Origin: Camelus dromedarius
Taxonomy: Eukaryota
Reading direction: 5' to 3'
Assembly (NCBI RefSeq): GCF_036321535.1
Contig: NC_087437.1
Span: 103,232,001 to 103,296,000 of the forward strand
Length of the DNA stretch: 64,000 nucleotides
A program made the position numbers and the translations under genes. Positions 13,461 through 26,378 of this stretch are shown here, one piece after another. Numbering within the stretch: the first letter of the stretch is position 1; each line of letters starts with the position of its first letter. The notes below the pieces were generated by a model. That model was not told where the DNA came from. It made no database searches and saw only the letters and a program-made list of their open reading frames with translations.

Positions 13461-13799
13461 GAACTTTAGACACAAACAATAGAGGTCATTCTCAAAATTA
13501 TTCCTCTGGGAAAAGAAAAAGCCAGAAACAAAAGGCCAAATTCTGTGACACCATTTATTAAAAAAATAAAATAAATAAAATCTCAACACAAGAAACAGAG
13601 AAAGCAAAGCATAATTATATTGAGTTTATTACATCTTCATAAACTCAAAAAATAGCTTTTTTAACAATGAGATACCTATATTTGAGAAATTTAAATTTCT
13701 TTCCAAAAAGTTACATATATAAACCTCGAAATTAAATTACTTGTCTCAAGTATAGACAATTTCATGTCACCATACATGTAAAAGTGATTTGCAAAAATA

Positions 13800-14490
13800 G
13801 TAAACCTTACAACTCCCAACCCACAAGAATGGTTACAAGGAAAAAACTAACCAGACCAAGTGTTGGTGAAGATGTACAGCTACTAGAGCTTTCATACGCT
13901 GCTTCTTGAGATTTAAAAATGGTACAGTTAACTTCTAAAAAAGTCATTTTTAATGTTACACACTTAAGGTGTGACATAGCAATTGCCCTCCTGGGAGAAA
14001 ATGCACCCGAGAGAAATGAAAACTTATGTCCACAAAAAGACTCTTACAAGAGTCTTTGTAACAGCCAAAACCTAAAAATAAATCAAATGAACATAGAAGT
14101 GACTAAAATAATTAGGTTATATTCAAATAATGGAATACTACTCAGCAGTACAAAAGAATGACCTGCTAACATACACAGCAAAATAGATGAATCTCACAGT
14201 GGTTTTGCTGAGCCAAAAAGATAGACACAGTCAAGTTTATAATGTTTGTGAAGTTCAAGAACAGGCAAAACAAATACATTGTGGCAGAAATGAATACAGA
14301 GGTTACTTACTAAATTGACTGAAAGGAGCAGTCAGGAAACTTTCTAAGGTGATGCAACTGTTTTATTTGGGTAATGCTACACTTAATACTCACCCAATTT
14401 TACAGTTAATAGCTATGCATTCCTTGATCTGTATAAAATTTTTACCTCAATAAAAGTGATAAATATATAGAATTTTTGAATAAAAATAAA
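13800..14490 (+). mobile_element. Old L1 (L1MC/ME-like) 3' end
   Basis: ccaagtgttggtgaagatgt...gaaaacttatgtccacaaaaaga...tggaatactactcagcag...tacctcaataaaa. Confidence 0.8.
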
Positions 14491-14977
14491 AGAAGGGAAC
14501 AATGCAACCACAGAAAAATATTATCAACAGCAAAATTTAACAGGTTCTCTTTAAATGTTCAATTACTGTTGAACATAAGTAGAAATGGCAGCACAAAGCA
14601 AAAAACTGAATGATTATGGCAGTTACCACCCCAAAGTATTACATATGTTTCTGATTCACTAAGACTGTCTAGGTAATTTTATTTTTAAGGTTTACTTTGA
14701 TGCTATAGACTAACTTGACAATGTTTCAGGTTAAACCACTGATGGCTGAGAGGTAACAGTTGCTTGAGAAATGAACAGAACAAAAAACTTAAATCTCCAA
14801 AATTTAGAAAAGCCTGTTCTTGAAGTAAGTGATGACTTGCCTTGTTGAACATTTCAGTCATTTTTTTCTTGTGTGTTTATGTATATACCCTCCTCCAATT
14901 CCAAGCATCCACATGCTAAATCAGTATGTAGAATTTCTTTACCAAAAAGTTAATGAAGGTTGTAAGTAGCCACTTAG

Positions 14978-15150
14978 ATCACTGGTTGTCAAACTTGGCT
15001 GCACATTAGAATCTCCTGGAAAAATTTAATAGTTGTAATGTCCAAGTTTCACCTAACTATCTGACTTACTTATTGTGGGGTATGGCCTCATACAGTTAAA
15101 AGTTCTTTAAGTCATGATGATAAACAGTAAGATTTGGAGATAATGGAACT
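14978..15150. mobile_element. MER5-like DNA transposon fossil
   Basis: cactggttgtcaaacttggctgcacattagaatctcctgg. Confidence 0.7.
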
Positions 15151-15279
15151 GAGAGCTGTAGTGTATGTTAGGAAAAGAAACCATTAGAGCTTCAAATACC
15201 TTATCCGTGAGTTAGCTAGGTTTTCAGCAATGAATTCTAAGGCTCCCTGTGGGGCCTATGGGTTTAAAAAATCAATGTC

Positions 15280-16114
15280 GATAGTGCTGCTATGAACATT
15301 GGGGTGCATGTATCTTTTTGAATTAGAGTTCTTTCTGGATATATGCCCAGGAGTGGGATTGCTGGATCATATAGTAAGTTTTTAGTTTTTTGAGGACTCT
15401 CCATACTGGTTTCCATAATGGCTGCAGTAAACTGCATTCCCACCGACAGTGTAGGATGGTTTCCTTTTCTCCACACCCTCTCCAGCATTTATCATTTGTG
15501 GACTTTTTAATGATGGCCATTCTGACTAGTGTGAGGTGATACCTCATTGTAGTTTCTGGAAACAATTTAAACATCAATTGACAGATGACTGGATAAAGAA
15601 GCTGTGGTATATTTATACAATGGAATGCTACTCAGCCATAAAAAAGAATAAAATAACGCCATTTGAAGCAACATGGATGGACCTGGAGATCATCATTCTA
15701 AGTGAAGTAATCCAGAAAGAGAAAGAAAAATAGCATATACCACTCATATGTGGAATCTAAAAAAAGAAAAAAGAAGACACTAATGAACTCATCTATAAAA
15801 CAGAAACAGACTCACAGACATAGTAAACAATCTTATGGTTACTAGGGGGAAAGAGGGTAGGAAGGGATAAATTGAGAGCTCATGATTTGCAAATATTACC
15901 TACTATATATAAAAATATATAAAACAAATTTCTTCTGTATAGCACTGGGACTAAATTCAATCTTACAGTAATGTTTAATAAAAAAATATGAAAATGAATA
16001 TATGTATATATATGTATGACTGATATAATACACTGTAAACCAGAAACTGGCACATTGTAACAGATGATAGTTCAATTAAAAATAAAAATACTTTTTAAAA
16101 AATTTAAAAAATTT
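15280..16114 (+). mobile_element. 5'-inverted lineage-specific L1 with TSD
   Basis: 15280-15555 antisense ORF2 C-terminus ([29 protein letters not shown]), 15557-16114 sense 3' end with A-rich tail; TSD aaaaatcaatgtc (15267-15279) / aaaaattgatgtc (16115-16127). Confidence 0.9.
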
Positions 16115-16239
16115 AAAAATTGATGTCAAAACATGTGTGGAAGAGACAAGGATAAAAATGGGGGAAAGGAATATCAAAATTAAGAAAAAAATATTTGAAT
16201 CAGATTGCTTTGAAAGCACCTTTAAGTTCTCACTTTATT

Positions 16240-17100
16240 TAGTGTTTTGAGATGTATCTCTTTTTATAATTTTCTAGTTGTTGCTGTGGGTATTACAAAA
16301 TATGTATGCGATATATATCACATATGTATCTACTGTTATCAACCTCTTTCCGCTTGGTGTGAAGTATGAAAACTTCATTTTCATTTAGCTTCTTTACCTT
16401 TAGTTTTCCAAAATTTAATTATACTCTGTTCTAGATTGTTTTGGGGTTTATACTGTTAAAGATTCACTCACTCAGCCTCTCAAGTCTGTTGGCTTGTATA
16501 TTTTGCTAGTTTTAGAAAGTGTTCAGCCATTATTTATTCACATTTTCTTTTAGCCCCATTCTCTTTCTCTCCTTCTGGGACTCTGAAGAAACACTTGTGG
16601 GATCTTTTATGATTGTTCTACAAGTCCCTGTGGCTCTGTTCAATCTTTTTCAGCTACTTTTTCTTTTATTGTTAACACTAGGTGAATTTTATTGCTCTGT
16701 CTTCAAGTTTATTAATTCTATCCTTTGTCATCTCATTTCTACTATTGTGCACATCTAGTAAGTTTATAAAATTTTGTCTTACTCTATTTTTAGTTGCATA
16801 GTATCAATTCGATGCTAACTTCTAGTTCTATAATATCCATTTGATTATTTTTATAACTTAATTCTTTGCTGAGATTTTCTTTTTAAAAAAATTATTTCAA
16901 GGAATCTGTAATTAATCACTAAAGCATTTTAAATGATAGCTGCTTCAAGATCCTTGTAAGATTATGTTAACATCTGCTTCATTTTAGTGTTAGGATCAGT
17001 TGATCATCTTTTCCCATTTAAGCCTTAATTTTCTTATTTTTTAAATGGTGGGGAGATTTTCAATTGAATCCTGGACATTTTACCTATTATATTTGTAGAG
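16240..17100 (-). mobile_element. Old L1M fragment (ORF1/ORF2 region)
   Basis: T-rich antisense L1-like text: ttcagccattatttattca...ctctccttctgggactc...tctgtcttcaagtttatt. Confidence 0.65.
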
Positions 17101-17679
17101 TATCTTTAATATCTGAGTTTATGTTTGTACTTAGTCAAGAGGAATAGGAAAGACCATGGATAAACAAGTCTACATCACATTGTCTGGATTGGAAGTCTCT
17201 TACTGTACTTGAAAGAAAGCAAAATTGGAAATTTAAGCATGGTGCTTTGGTGTGCTTTAGGAAAAGAAAACAACCATGCTCTATGAGTGTCTTAAAAAAA
17301 ATGAATATTGACACAAGTATTGGAGACAACTGTAATATTGAAGGGAAAATTGTCTAAAACCAAGAAATGTGCCATCATATTATTTTGCAAGTTTCTTTAA
17401 ATATGTACTTTACTTTAAAAAAAAAAAAGTACAAGTGGAAATTAAAATATGTATTGTGAGTGTGTTTTAGGAAAGAATGGTGCTCTGGAGAACACCACAC
17501 TTTAAGAGCTGCTGTGGGCCTAGATCAAAATATTAGCGAAAATATATTCTTTTATAAGGTTTACTTTTTAAAAGGATATGGTTTTATGATTTTTAAAGGC
17601 ATTAGCTTGAATTAACTTTAATGATTAAACTATCCACTACTGATGTCAATCACATCAAGGTTATGTTCTAACTATATTA

Positions 17680-18150
17680 TTGTGGTAATTTGTTGCTTTA
17701 GCTAACTCTGGTCTCTTTTCCGTTTTCTCTTCTTTTAGCACATATGCACTGAGTGAGCTGGGAGTAGAACAATCAGTTTTCACAATACCAAGAACCCTGC
17801 TCTATCTTCAAGGCTGGACATGAGATACAATCCTAAGTACAAAGAGATGTACTTAGATGCTGGTGGGGAATGTCAGGAGAATTACATCCACTCTTTCCTA
17901 TTACATGTGGCTATAATCCCAAAAGTTGGGCAGCCATCTTGCAACCACATGGAATTTCCTGTCTGAAAAAGAAGTAACCCAGAGAAAGAGAGTCAAGTGA
18001 TGGAGAGAAAACAAACTTAATGACATTTGAATCTCCAAAAGCCATCCCTTTCTCTAGAATTTTCAACTATAGAAGTTGACACATTCCTTAGTATAAGTCA
18101 GTTTAAGGTCTTTTTTATCCTCTGTATCCTAAATATTCCCAAGTAACGTG
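17680..18150 (+). mobile_element. Old MLT1-type LTR
   Basis: gggcagccatcttgcaaccacatgg...aagtcagtttaaggtcttttt...tgtatcctaaatattcc. Confidence 0.55.
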
Positions 18151-20353
18151 ACAATTACAGTATGCTTTCACAACTATTTAACTCATTATCTTTATCCACA
18201 TCTCCTCTGGTGAAGTTTAAAGAGTCTGGGTTCAGTTTAACAGCACAGGTTTCTTTGTGAGGTGTGGTCAATTGCTAATAACTCTCTGAATATAATTTCT
18301 CCTTCCGGTGGCTATTTACTTACAGATAGATACCCCAGGAGGACCCATAAAAATAATGATCATTCTTCATTAAGAGGATCAGAAGGAAACTGGGCCATCT
18401 GTGATGTTCCCAATGGTAAGTAATAAGTGGATGTCAAGCAAATAACAATGAGAAACCCTGACAGGGTCTTTAACTTTCTGATAATAACAGGTGCTGTGAG
18501 TGACCTATGCTATAATGGCCATAAATGATAGTGAACATGAATGAGTCATTAAGGTTTTGCTGTTTAAAGTTTTACTCTAAGTAAAGGACATCCAAGATGG
18601 GAATGGGGCTGAGGGAGCATATACTTGTATTACGAACCACACAAATTTTGCCTCAACATACATTATGCCAAAATTGAAGCATTCAAAGGACAATTAGGCT
18701 GTTTAAATTCTTAGCCTTTCCAGATTTGCAATTCTAAAATAACTAAAAGACGTTTTAAAACCTATCATGTAGCTGTTTTCGGGCTCCAGTTATATGCTTT
18801 TGAATGGATATTGCTTATTATTAGATAGGTCACCAATAAAACCAAATACCTGATGCGTTCTCAGACTTTACGTGCCTTTATACTGTCACACAGCCAGAGC
18901 AGCGTCGAACCCTGTGACAGGCTTTTATTCCACGGAGGAACTAAATGAGCACGCTCACATTTCCCATAGTGGTTATCCTACAGATGTGCTGAGCAGCAAA
19001 CCAAGTACATGATTTCTATTGTCAGCAGTGACCTCACTTGGAAGAGATTCAGCTCCATGCCAAGGACAGTAATCTTCATTATTCAGCCTGCCCATTTCTG
19101 TCCCTTTCTCTGGTGACCTCCATGATTGGTTCCATATACCACAGGCTGATACATACAAAGCTTTAAATCCTACCCTCCCAGCCTCTCTTCTGTCCACTGT
19201 CCTAACCTCAATATGTTCCATTCATGAGGGAATCCCTGCTCTCATTGCCCACACCACGGATGCCCTCATAACCTTGCCTGTCATCAAAATGGTCTTCCTC
19301 TCTTTTCTATCTATAAAGCTCTTTTACATTCTGGATGGTTCGGCTCTGTTTTAGCTTCTGTCACGCCCTGTCCTGATTCAGTCACTCCCCTCTTCTCTCA
19401 CGGTAACCCATCTATGCCTTTCTTTTATTTATTTGGTTCTAATTCCTCAACAAACTGAACTGGGTAAGAAAAGGAGTTGTTCACTTAATGGCATAGTTTT
19501 TGTTACATGATTTGTTTTGTTTTGTTTTGTTTTCACAAGAACTCTTTCTTTAATGAGTTAATGAATTGAAAATGGTTCTGAGATCATTCTAGGGGCTAAA
19601 CCCTTTCTAAGGCTCAAAGATAGACTAAAAGATGTCTGTGAAACCTATGAAACTATTAAAAACATTGTGTATGTTTGCTCATGCGCACAAAGAGAACATC
19701 CTTTGAACAGAGAGATTCTCAAATACGTCCCACACACAAAAGAGGTTGGGGACCGCAGCTCTGAGGGATTAGGAAAGAAAGCTGAAATCAAGGAACAGTA
19801 GGGAAATCCTCTCTGTTACATTTTCACTTTTCTTAGAATTTTTTTTTTCTTTTTTATCTTGTGGTAAAATATACATAAATTTACCATTTTAGCCATTGAA
19901 AGTGAATGGATCTTTGGCATTAAATACATTCACATTCCTGCATATCTTAAATTTTTTATTATAACATTTCCACAGAGATCAAACTAGATTATAATGCTTT
20001 ATTTAATTTGCTAACAAAGTGACCATAAAAATTATATTGTTACTAACCGTAAATATGATTTTCAGAAATGTTGTCATGAATTGGCATTCTTAAAGAAAAA
20101 AATAAAATTGTAGTTCAACTATAAGCCTGGATATTTAAAATAAGACCAGCCATCCTATGCTCTTTGTATAAGGCTCTGTATTCTCTGTATTGCAATTTGA
20201 ATGAGATAAAGGAAATTGCAAAGGCAAATCAGCATGTGAAATACATCTCATCCCCAATTAAATCATTAATGCATCAGTTTCTGCCCCACACTGAAAACAA
20301 ACTAAAAAAAAAAAAAGTATAGAAAATAATAAACTGCTATACTTGTGTGGTAA

Positions 20354-21255
20354 TGTTAGTGGATGAAGGGACCCCTAAATTAGGAAGCCCACCAAAGTGT
20401 GGGTTCTTCCACCATCAGTGAAAAAATTCTCACAGCAGAAGCAGAGGGACGAAGTGAACAAATCCTTTATTGCTCAGAAGGGGGAATGGAGGGAAAGTGT
20501 TCCAGCAGGGAGAAGGGAAGGGAAAAAAGCACTTAACTGAGGAAAAGGCACTGGAGCAGGGAGCCGTCAGCCAAGAGGGCCAGTAGAGACAGTTCCGGCC
20601 TACATCAGGCCACGTGGACTTTTACGAGCGGCTTCTGCCATCATGCCCTCCTTCCTGATGTGATGAACCTATCATTCCTTGTCCAAGCTTTTCAGTCCTT
20701 GTATGGGCTTTTCCGTGGCTGTAATGACATTTGTCAACTGGCGTGTGTGTCGTTGAGCATGCTGATACATTACAATGAGCATATGATAAGGCTCAAGGTC
20801 CACCGGAAGTCAAATCCTCCACCATCTTGGACTCTGTTCTAACCAGTTCTTATTTCTTCTCTGCAGCTGCCTCCTGAGATTAGATAAGAGTAATTGGTTT
20901 CTAGCTGAGGGAGGGGCAGGGGTATGAACTGGGGACAACAGCCTTGGCAACAAAAAGGAAAGTTGCCTTTAATCAGAATGCCTACAATGTGGCGGGCCCA
21001 GCACCGCCCTCCCACCAAAAACAAAACAAAACAAAACAAAACAAAACAAAAAATTCCAAGGATTCTGTTCAGCCATGAAAGTTTTAAAGGGAAATGAAGA
21101 AATAATCTCAGCCACTCATTGAGATGGGAGGTCAGAGTCATCCCCCAGTGCCTGCGGGCTTGTCTTAATCAACTGCTTGAGCCTGCTCTTCTGTGACTCA
21201 GGGATTTTCTGTAAACAAGAATCAGGGGTGGGGGTGCAGGGTTCTGCTCCCTTCA
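20354..21255 (-). mobile_element. ERV1-type solo LTR (~900 bp)
   Basis: TGTTAG...TTCA termini with imperfect 4-bp TSD gtaa/gtta, TTTATT at ~20466, GC-rich with retained CpGs, internal (AAAAC)n. Confidence 0.7.
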
Positions 21256-21570
21256 GTTACAGAAGAAGCTTAAAGGCATAGTTTGGTAAACATTCTTTTC
21301 TTACCTGATGGTGTACATATATATTGAGTGAGCAAGATTTCCAAGAGTAGGTACCCTGTTTTTCTGTTTTCTTTTATAGTGATTAAAGTTAATGCTGTAT
21401 TTAAATTTATTTATCCATATGTTTATCTCATCTACTAGACTGTAAGCAAACTGTTCAGTTTATTCCCTGCCATAGACACAGTGTCTAACTCAGAGCCTAG
21501 CACCCAACCAGAGCTCACTGTCTTCTTGGTAAACTAGTTATCATATGCTATAGGACTGAATGAGTGAAGG

Positions 21571-22051
21571 TGTCGACTGAAATAAATGTGCAGCTTAAAA
21601 GTTGAGAGTTATGTTTTATTTGGCTGGAGGACTCGAGCCGGGATGACAGCCTCTCAGATGGCTCTGAGAGACTGCTCTGAAGAGGTAGGGGAGGAGCTAG
21701 GATATACAGGAGCTTTACAACAGAGACCAGGTAGTTGGAACAATAAAAGATTACTTGTTATCTAAAGAAAACCAGGCATCTCAAGTTAAAGAATTTAGTG
21801 CTTTTCTATGTATGGGAGGAAGCAAACCTTTGGGCTCATTGAATTCATTCCTTTGACAAGCACCTAGCTATCTAGGGCTGGTATCCTGTCCTTTCTTATT
21901 CTGAGTCCCCTCAGGGTGCACCATTGTGAGTGGCTGCAGAGGCCGGGCTGCAGGCTTGTCTTCACTGCAGGGTGGCGGTAGTCGCTGATATGACTTGATG
22001 GTTTCAGCATTCTTTGTTTACTGATGTGGTTTGCAATATTTTTCGTTCACA
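21571..22051 (-). mobile_element. ERV1 solo LTR, MER41-like artiodactyl family
   Basis: TGTCGACTGA...GTTCACA termini, flanks aagg/aagt, TTTATT near 21616; splits the tgaatgag tail of an L2 3' end. Confidence 0.75.
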
Positions 22052-23135
22052 AAGTGATGAATAAATGATTCTTTTCCATCCCTTCTGGTTCCTCCTGGCT
22101 TGCCATATTCCTCTCTCCTGCCTCTAATTTCTCCTCACTCAGCAAATCTTGACCCATCCTCTGCTCTGTTCTTTCTCTGTTTCTAACATCTCTCTCTCTC
22201 TTTTTTCTTTTTAATCTCCTTCAGAACCTTTTTTTCTTCCTGTCTGGATGCACTCTTCCTAAATTGTATTTCACACTCCAATTGTAAAAGAGGCCATTCT
22301 GCTTCCTCTTTGTTTACACCCAGAATATGCAACATCTTATTGTTATGCAATGTAATTTTGTCTCTCTACTAAATTATTCAAAAGATAAGATAAATGCTGT
22401 AAGTATTATTTTTTATTCCTAAAATGGAAAATTATGCTTCCTTTTTCTTTTTTATTTTACTTGACGCTAGATTGTTTTATCCTGAGGGTTTGGAAATCCT
22501 TGACACAAAAACAAAATTTACGCCACAGAAATGCAGGGTGAGAAAAACATTACTGACAGAAAGGTGAATCTTACCAACCTAAACAAAAATTAACAAACAT
22601 AAACATTTAAAATCCTCATGTTACATAGTTTCTTAATGTGCTGAAAATCAATTATGACATCGTGTCGTTGCTTTAATTATTGATTATTAGAAAGTAATTT
22701 GTCTGTATACCAAAATCTTGAAGATCATTGTTAATGTTTTTATACAATGTTATTTGCTTAGCTGCAAAATACAATGAAAACTTGGTAGGTTTAAGGTTCT
22801 TATTCACACACACAGCCAAACAAATGCATTAATAACAAACAAAATGACAATGTCAATAAAATTTGACACAGTAACATTATACTAATGTAATAGATACTGT
22901 TGATATATTGAAACTGTACTCTTAATGTTGATTTTGGCAGGAAAGTGCAGGTTTCGCATTTCACTTTCTGCCCTGATCCTTGCTATTCAGTACATAATAT
23001 ACCCCATTTGAGATGCCTCTATTGTTACTATTATTATATATCCTTTAAAAGAAATAACTAGTTTTTTTATCAGTTGCCAATATTTTAAGGGACTAATCAC
23101 TTTGATAATACATTTACCAAATGCAATAATTATAT

Positions 23136-23600
23136 TGTGAAGGAAAAACCGGGCTGGTCTGACAAGATACCTCATAAGTCTGGGAATGTGAAGGAGAGGC
23201 TGGGCTGGTCTAACAAGATAACTCACAAATCTAAGTATTGGAATACTGATCTGAGTTCTGCTAGACTAACTTGTAAATCTAGGTTAATTAGTGTTGGTTT
23301 GCTGTTCATGTTTTTTTGCTAGCCAGCTGGATTTTCAAAGATACATATCTGGCTTTGGAATGTTGGTTTGCTGCCTCCCCGCCTCCACTTTTGTGATGAT
23401 GATGCTGCTAAAGTTGTTCCATGCCTATTGGCCGAATACCCCAAGCTTGTACTTTACCCTATAAAACCTCATGTGCACATCTTGAAGGTGCTCAGAGCTT
23501 CGGAGCAGAAGCCCCTCTGAGCCCACTGGCGTAATACATCTGAGTACTCCAACCCTCCGAGTGGTGCTTGTTTCTTGACTGGCCTGTCATTTCCGTAACA
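23136..23600 (+). mobile_element. Young ERV1-type solo LTR
   Basis: TGTGAAGG...CCGTAACA termini, perfect 4-bp TSD ATAT (23132-23135 / 23601-23604), TATA box ctataaaa at ~23459. Confidence 0.9.
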
Positions 23601-24089
23601 ATATATGATTTACTACTTCTAAAGAACAGTTACAAGTTAGTGAGTTAAAAAACTACAGTCAGATAATATTTTACTTGAAATATAAATGTTTTGCAGCCTG
23701 CTTTTTTTCATTTGTTAAGTTTGTTTTGTTTTGTTTTAGGTCATTATGCTTAAACTAGTTTGCACTTTAGGGTAACTTAAATCTCCTACCTCTCTCCCCT
23801 CACCCCCTCCTTGTTTTTTGTTTTTTTTTTTTTCTGATTTTAAAACACAGTGAAATCTACTTAAAAACTCTGAAACATAATGTGATTTTTATGTTTACTT
23901 GCTACACACCGTCTCCTACATAACAGCAAATAAATATGAAAATCATATGGACACATTTGCTTATGAAGTTTGCATCTAGCTGACAAAGAATATTTTGACC
24001 CTCATATTTTTTCAAGATTACTACACAATTCAAAAGCCAAGACTAAAAATATTCTAGAATTTTGTAGATTCCCAAAATGTTTTAGAGAC

Positions 24090-24310
24090 TTATAAGTAGC
24101 ACTGTGTGTACATTAATAAGGTAAATACTTAATAAAATCCTATGAAATGTAATGATAGCCTCACATTACAGTTTTTGAAATACAGATTTGGAAGAGTTAA
24201 GTATGTAACAATATCACATAGTAATAATATGCAAAGCTAGGATTCAAAGTCAGTTCTATCTGATGCCACAGCCTTTATTCTCACTCTCAATCACTATGTT
24301 TTGCTGATCA
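24090..24310 (-). mobile_element. MIR SINE
   Basis: aatcctatgaaatgta...gagttaagta...atcacatagtaata...gctaggattcaaagtcagttctatctgatgcca. Confidence 0.7.
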
Positions 24311-26189
24311 GTTTTTCCTGTTATCTATTTTAATATATACTCAGGAATGCTTTCTTCAATACTTTAATAAATAAAGCTCAGCATTATGCACAAGCCACCA
24401 AATATTTGCTAATATTATATTAAATTTCTAAGATAAAACTGATTAAAATCTTTCCAAGTGCCACTGATTGTCTGCTGCAACCCTTCAAAAAAAAAAAAAA
24501 CTCAGTAATTCTAAATATCTCAGTCATTTACTCCTTTTTTAGTTCTACAATGTTCTAGTTTATAACTTTATTGAGTTGAACCTCAAAGAAAGGCCTGAGA
24601 TAAAGAAAAAGCTCATTGAAATCTCTATGCTTTCTGTGTTATATGTTATGATTAATAGGCTTGCGAATTCCTGACAGAGTAGAAAGAGAAAGGAAGGAAA
24701 ACTTAACATTGGGAAGATGATTGCTTATCACCAAGTTTTGATTACTCATCTTACCCTGTTGAATAATCATTGTACCCAGTGGTTAATCATTACACCCGTC
24801 TTTTCCATTTTCCAAGAATGCAGCATAGTGTTCTTTGAGTTATTCTCTTTCATCAGTTTGTCAGTCAGTCTATTCTTCCATCTGTATCTGTATTTTAATT
24901 GCAATTTCTCTAATGTTTAGCACCATTAGAATGGGAGTTATGATGGTGAATCTGAAATGGTGTGGATACAATGAGAAAGCTATAGTAAAGGCAGAAAACA
25001 GTGATGAGATATTACTTGATCTCAATGGCACTCAATTTGATATCTCGTATTTAATGGAAAATAATTGAACATTCCTAACTCTGACATTTTCTGTTTAAAG
25101 TGAATTACTATGTTTTCCATCATTAGTTTTTCCTCTAATTTATTTTTCACATTAAAAAAATGACTTGAATAAAATCCCATCTTTTCTGAATTTCAGTATA
25201 TATTCTGTTAGACTGTGGGTATTATTAACTATTTTTTACCTATAGTTATAAAGGTTTTGGTTTAGTTTTGTTTTTACTTCACCCTCAGCCTGCTGTGAGC
25301 CATTTTTCTTAAAGTTAGAAAATTCATTTCTTTAAAATTTATTGGCACCAAATTATAAAATAATGGATCCTTACTTCGGCTGCTGTGGTTTATACCAACT
25401 CTGCCCTAAAGAATATTAGGGTAATCCAAAATGACAAAACAAACAAATAAGGAAGTATTAAATAGACACAAAAAGTTAAAATATTTCTTAGTATATCTGA
25501 GACTAAATGAGAGTTCATTAAAAAATGGAAAGAATTTATTTCATGATTTATAACTTGAGAACAGGGGAGTCATTACAAGAGAAGAATGTTGCTGAATTCT
25601 CATAGGATCACAGATTTGCTGCAAGAAAAGTAAATATTTGACCTCCTCCACAAGCACAGTCCTGGACTTATGTCACTAGTATGTCTGTATGACCAGTTTG
25701 AGAACAACCAAGATGTGGGTAGGTCAGTGAGGGTGGTGTGCCTGTGGTGTGGGCAATTAGGGGACAAGGTTTCCATGGAGAATTAAAAAAAAAAAAAAAA
25801 GAAATCCAACAAAAATGTGTTCTACATTTTATCATCATTATATACTGACAATTTCAAACAATGTCAGTGATAAAATGCTCCTGGAGACAGGCCAGATTGC
25901 GCCCACGGCCTCTCTCCCTTGGCATTACACTGATCAGGGGTCAAGAATGGAGCCTGTCATGTGTGCTGCGAGAATGCGTTTGCTCAGAACAAGAGTGGAT
26001 CCAGCGGGCAGGGTGGCCATTTTTCTTTTTTCTCATTTCCACTCTCATGGGTTGAGGAGGAAAGAACTGCTGGTATTTCCCCAGGTATCGCTTAAATGGA
26101 TTTCATAATAGTTCAGTTTTTCTTGATAAGGATGGATAGTTGTAAAATTTGAAGCTGGAACACTGAGAACTTTTTCTCCAGGAAATTTC

Positions 26190-26378
26190 TTTTATTTATA
26201 TTTTCTTTGAGGTATAGTCGACTTACAATGTTGTGTTAGTTTCTGGTGTAAAGCCTAGTGATTCAGTTTTTTATATATATATATATATATTCCTTTCTGT
26301 ATTCTTTTTCATTACAGACTATTACAGGTATTGAATATAGTTCCCTGTGCTATACAGTAGGAACTTACTGTTTATCTA
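26190..26378 (-). mobile_element. Short L1 3'-end insertion (artiodactyl type)
   Basis: gaggtatagtcgacttacaatgttgtgttagtttctggtgta...gaatatagttccctgtgctatacagtagg. Confidence 0.85.

Noticed and set aside
23136..23237. Repeat pair as a CRISPR-like array
   Set aside because: Only two adjacent diverged units with no spacers, inside a mammalian LTR; no cas genes or prokaryotic context.
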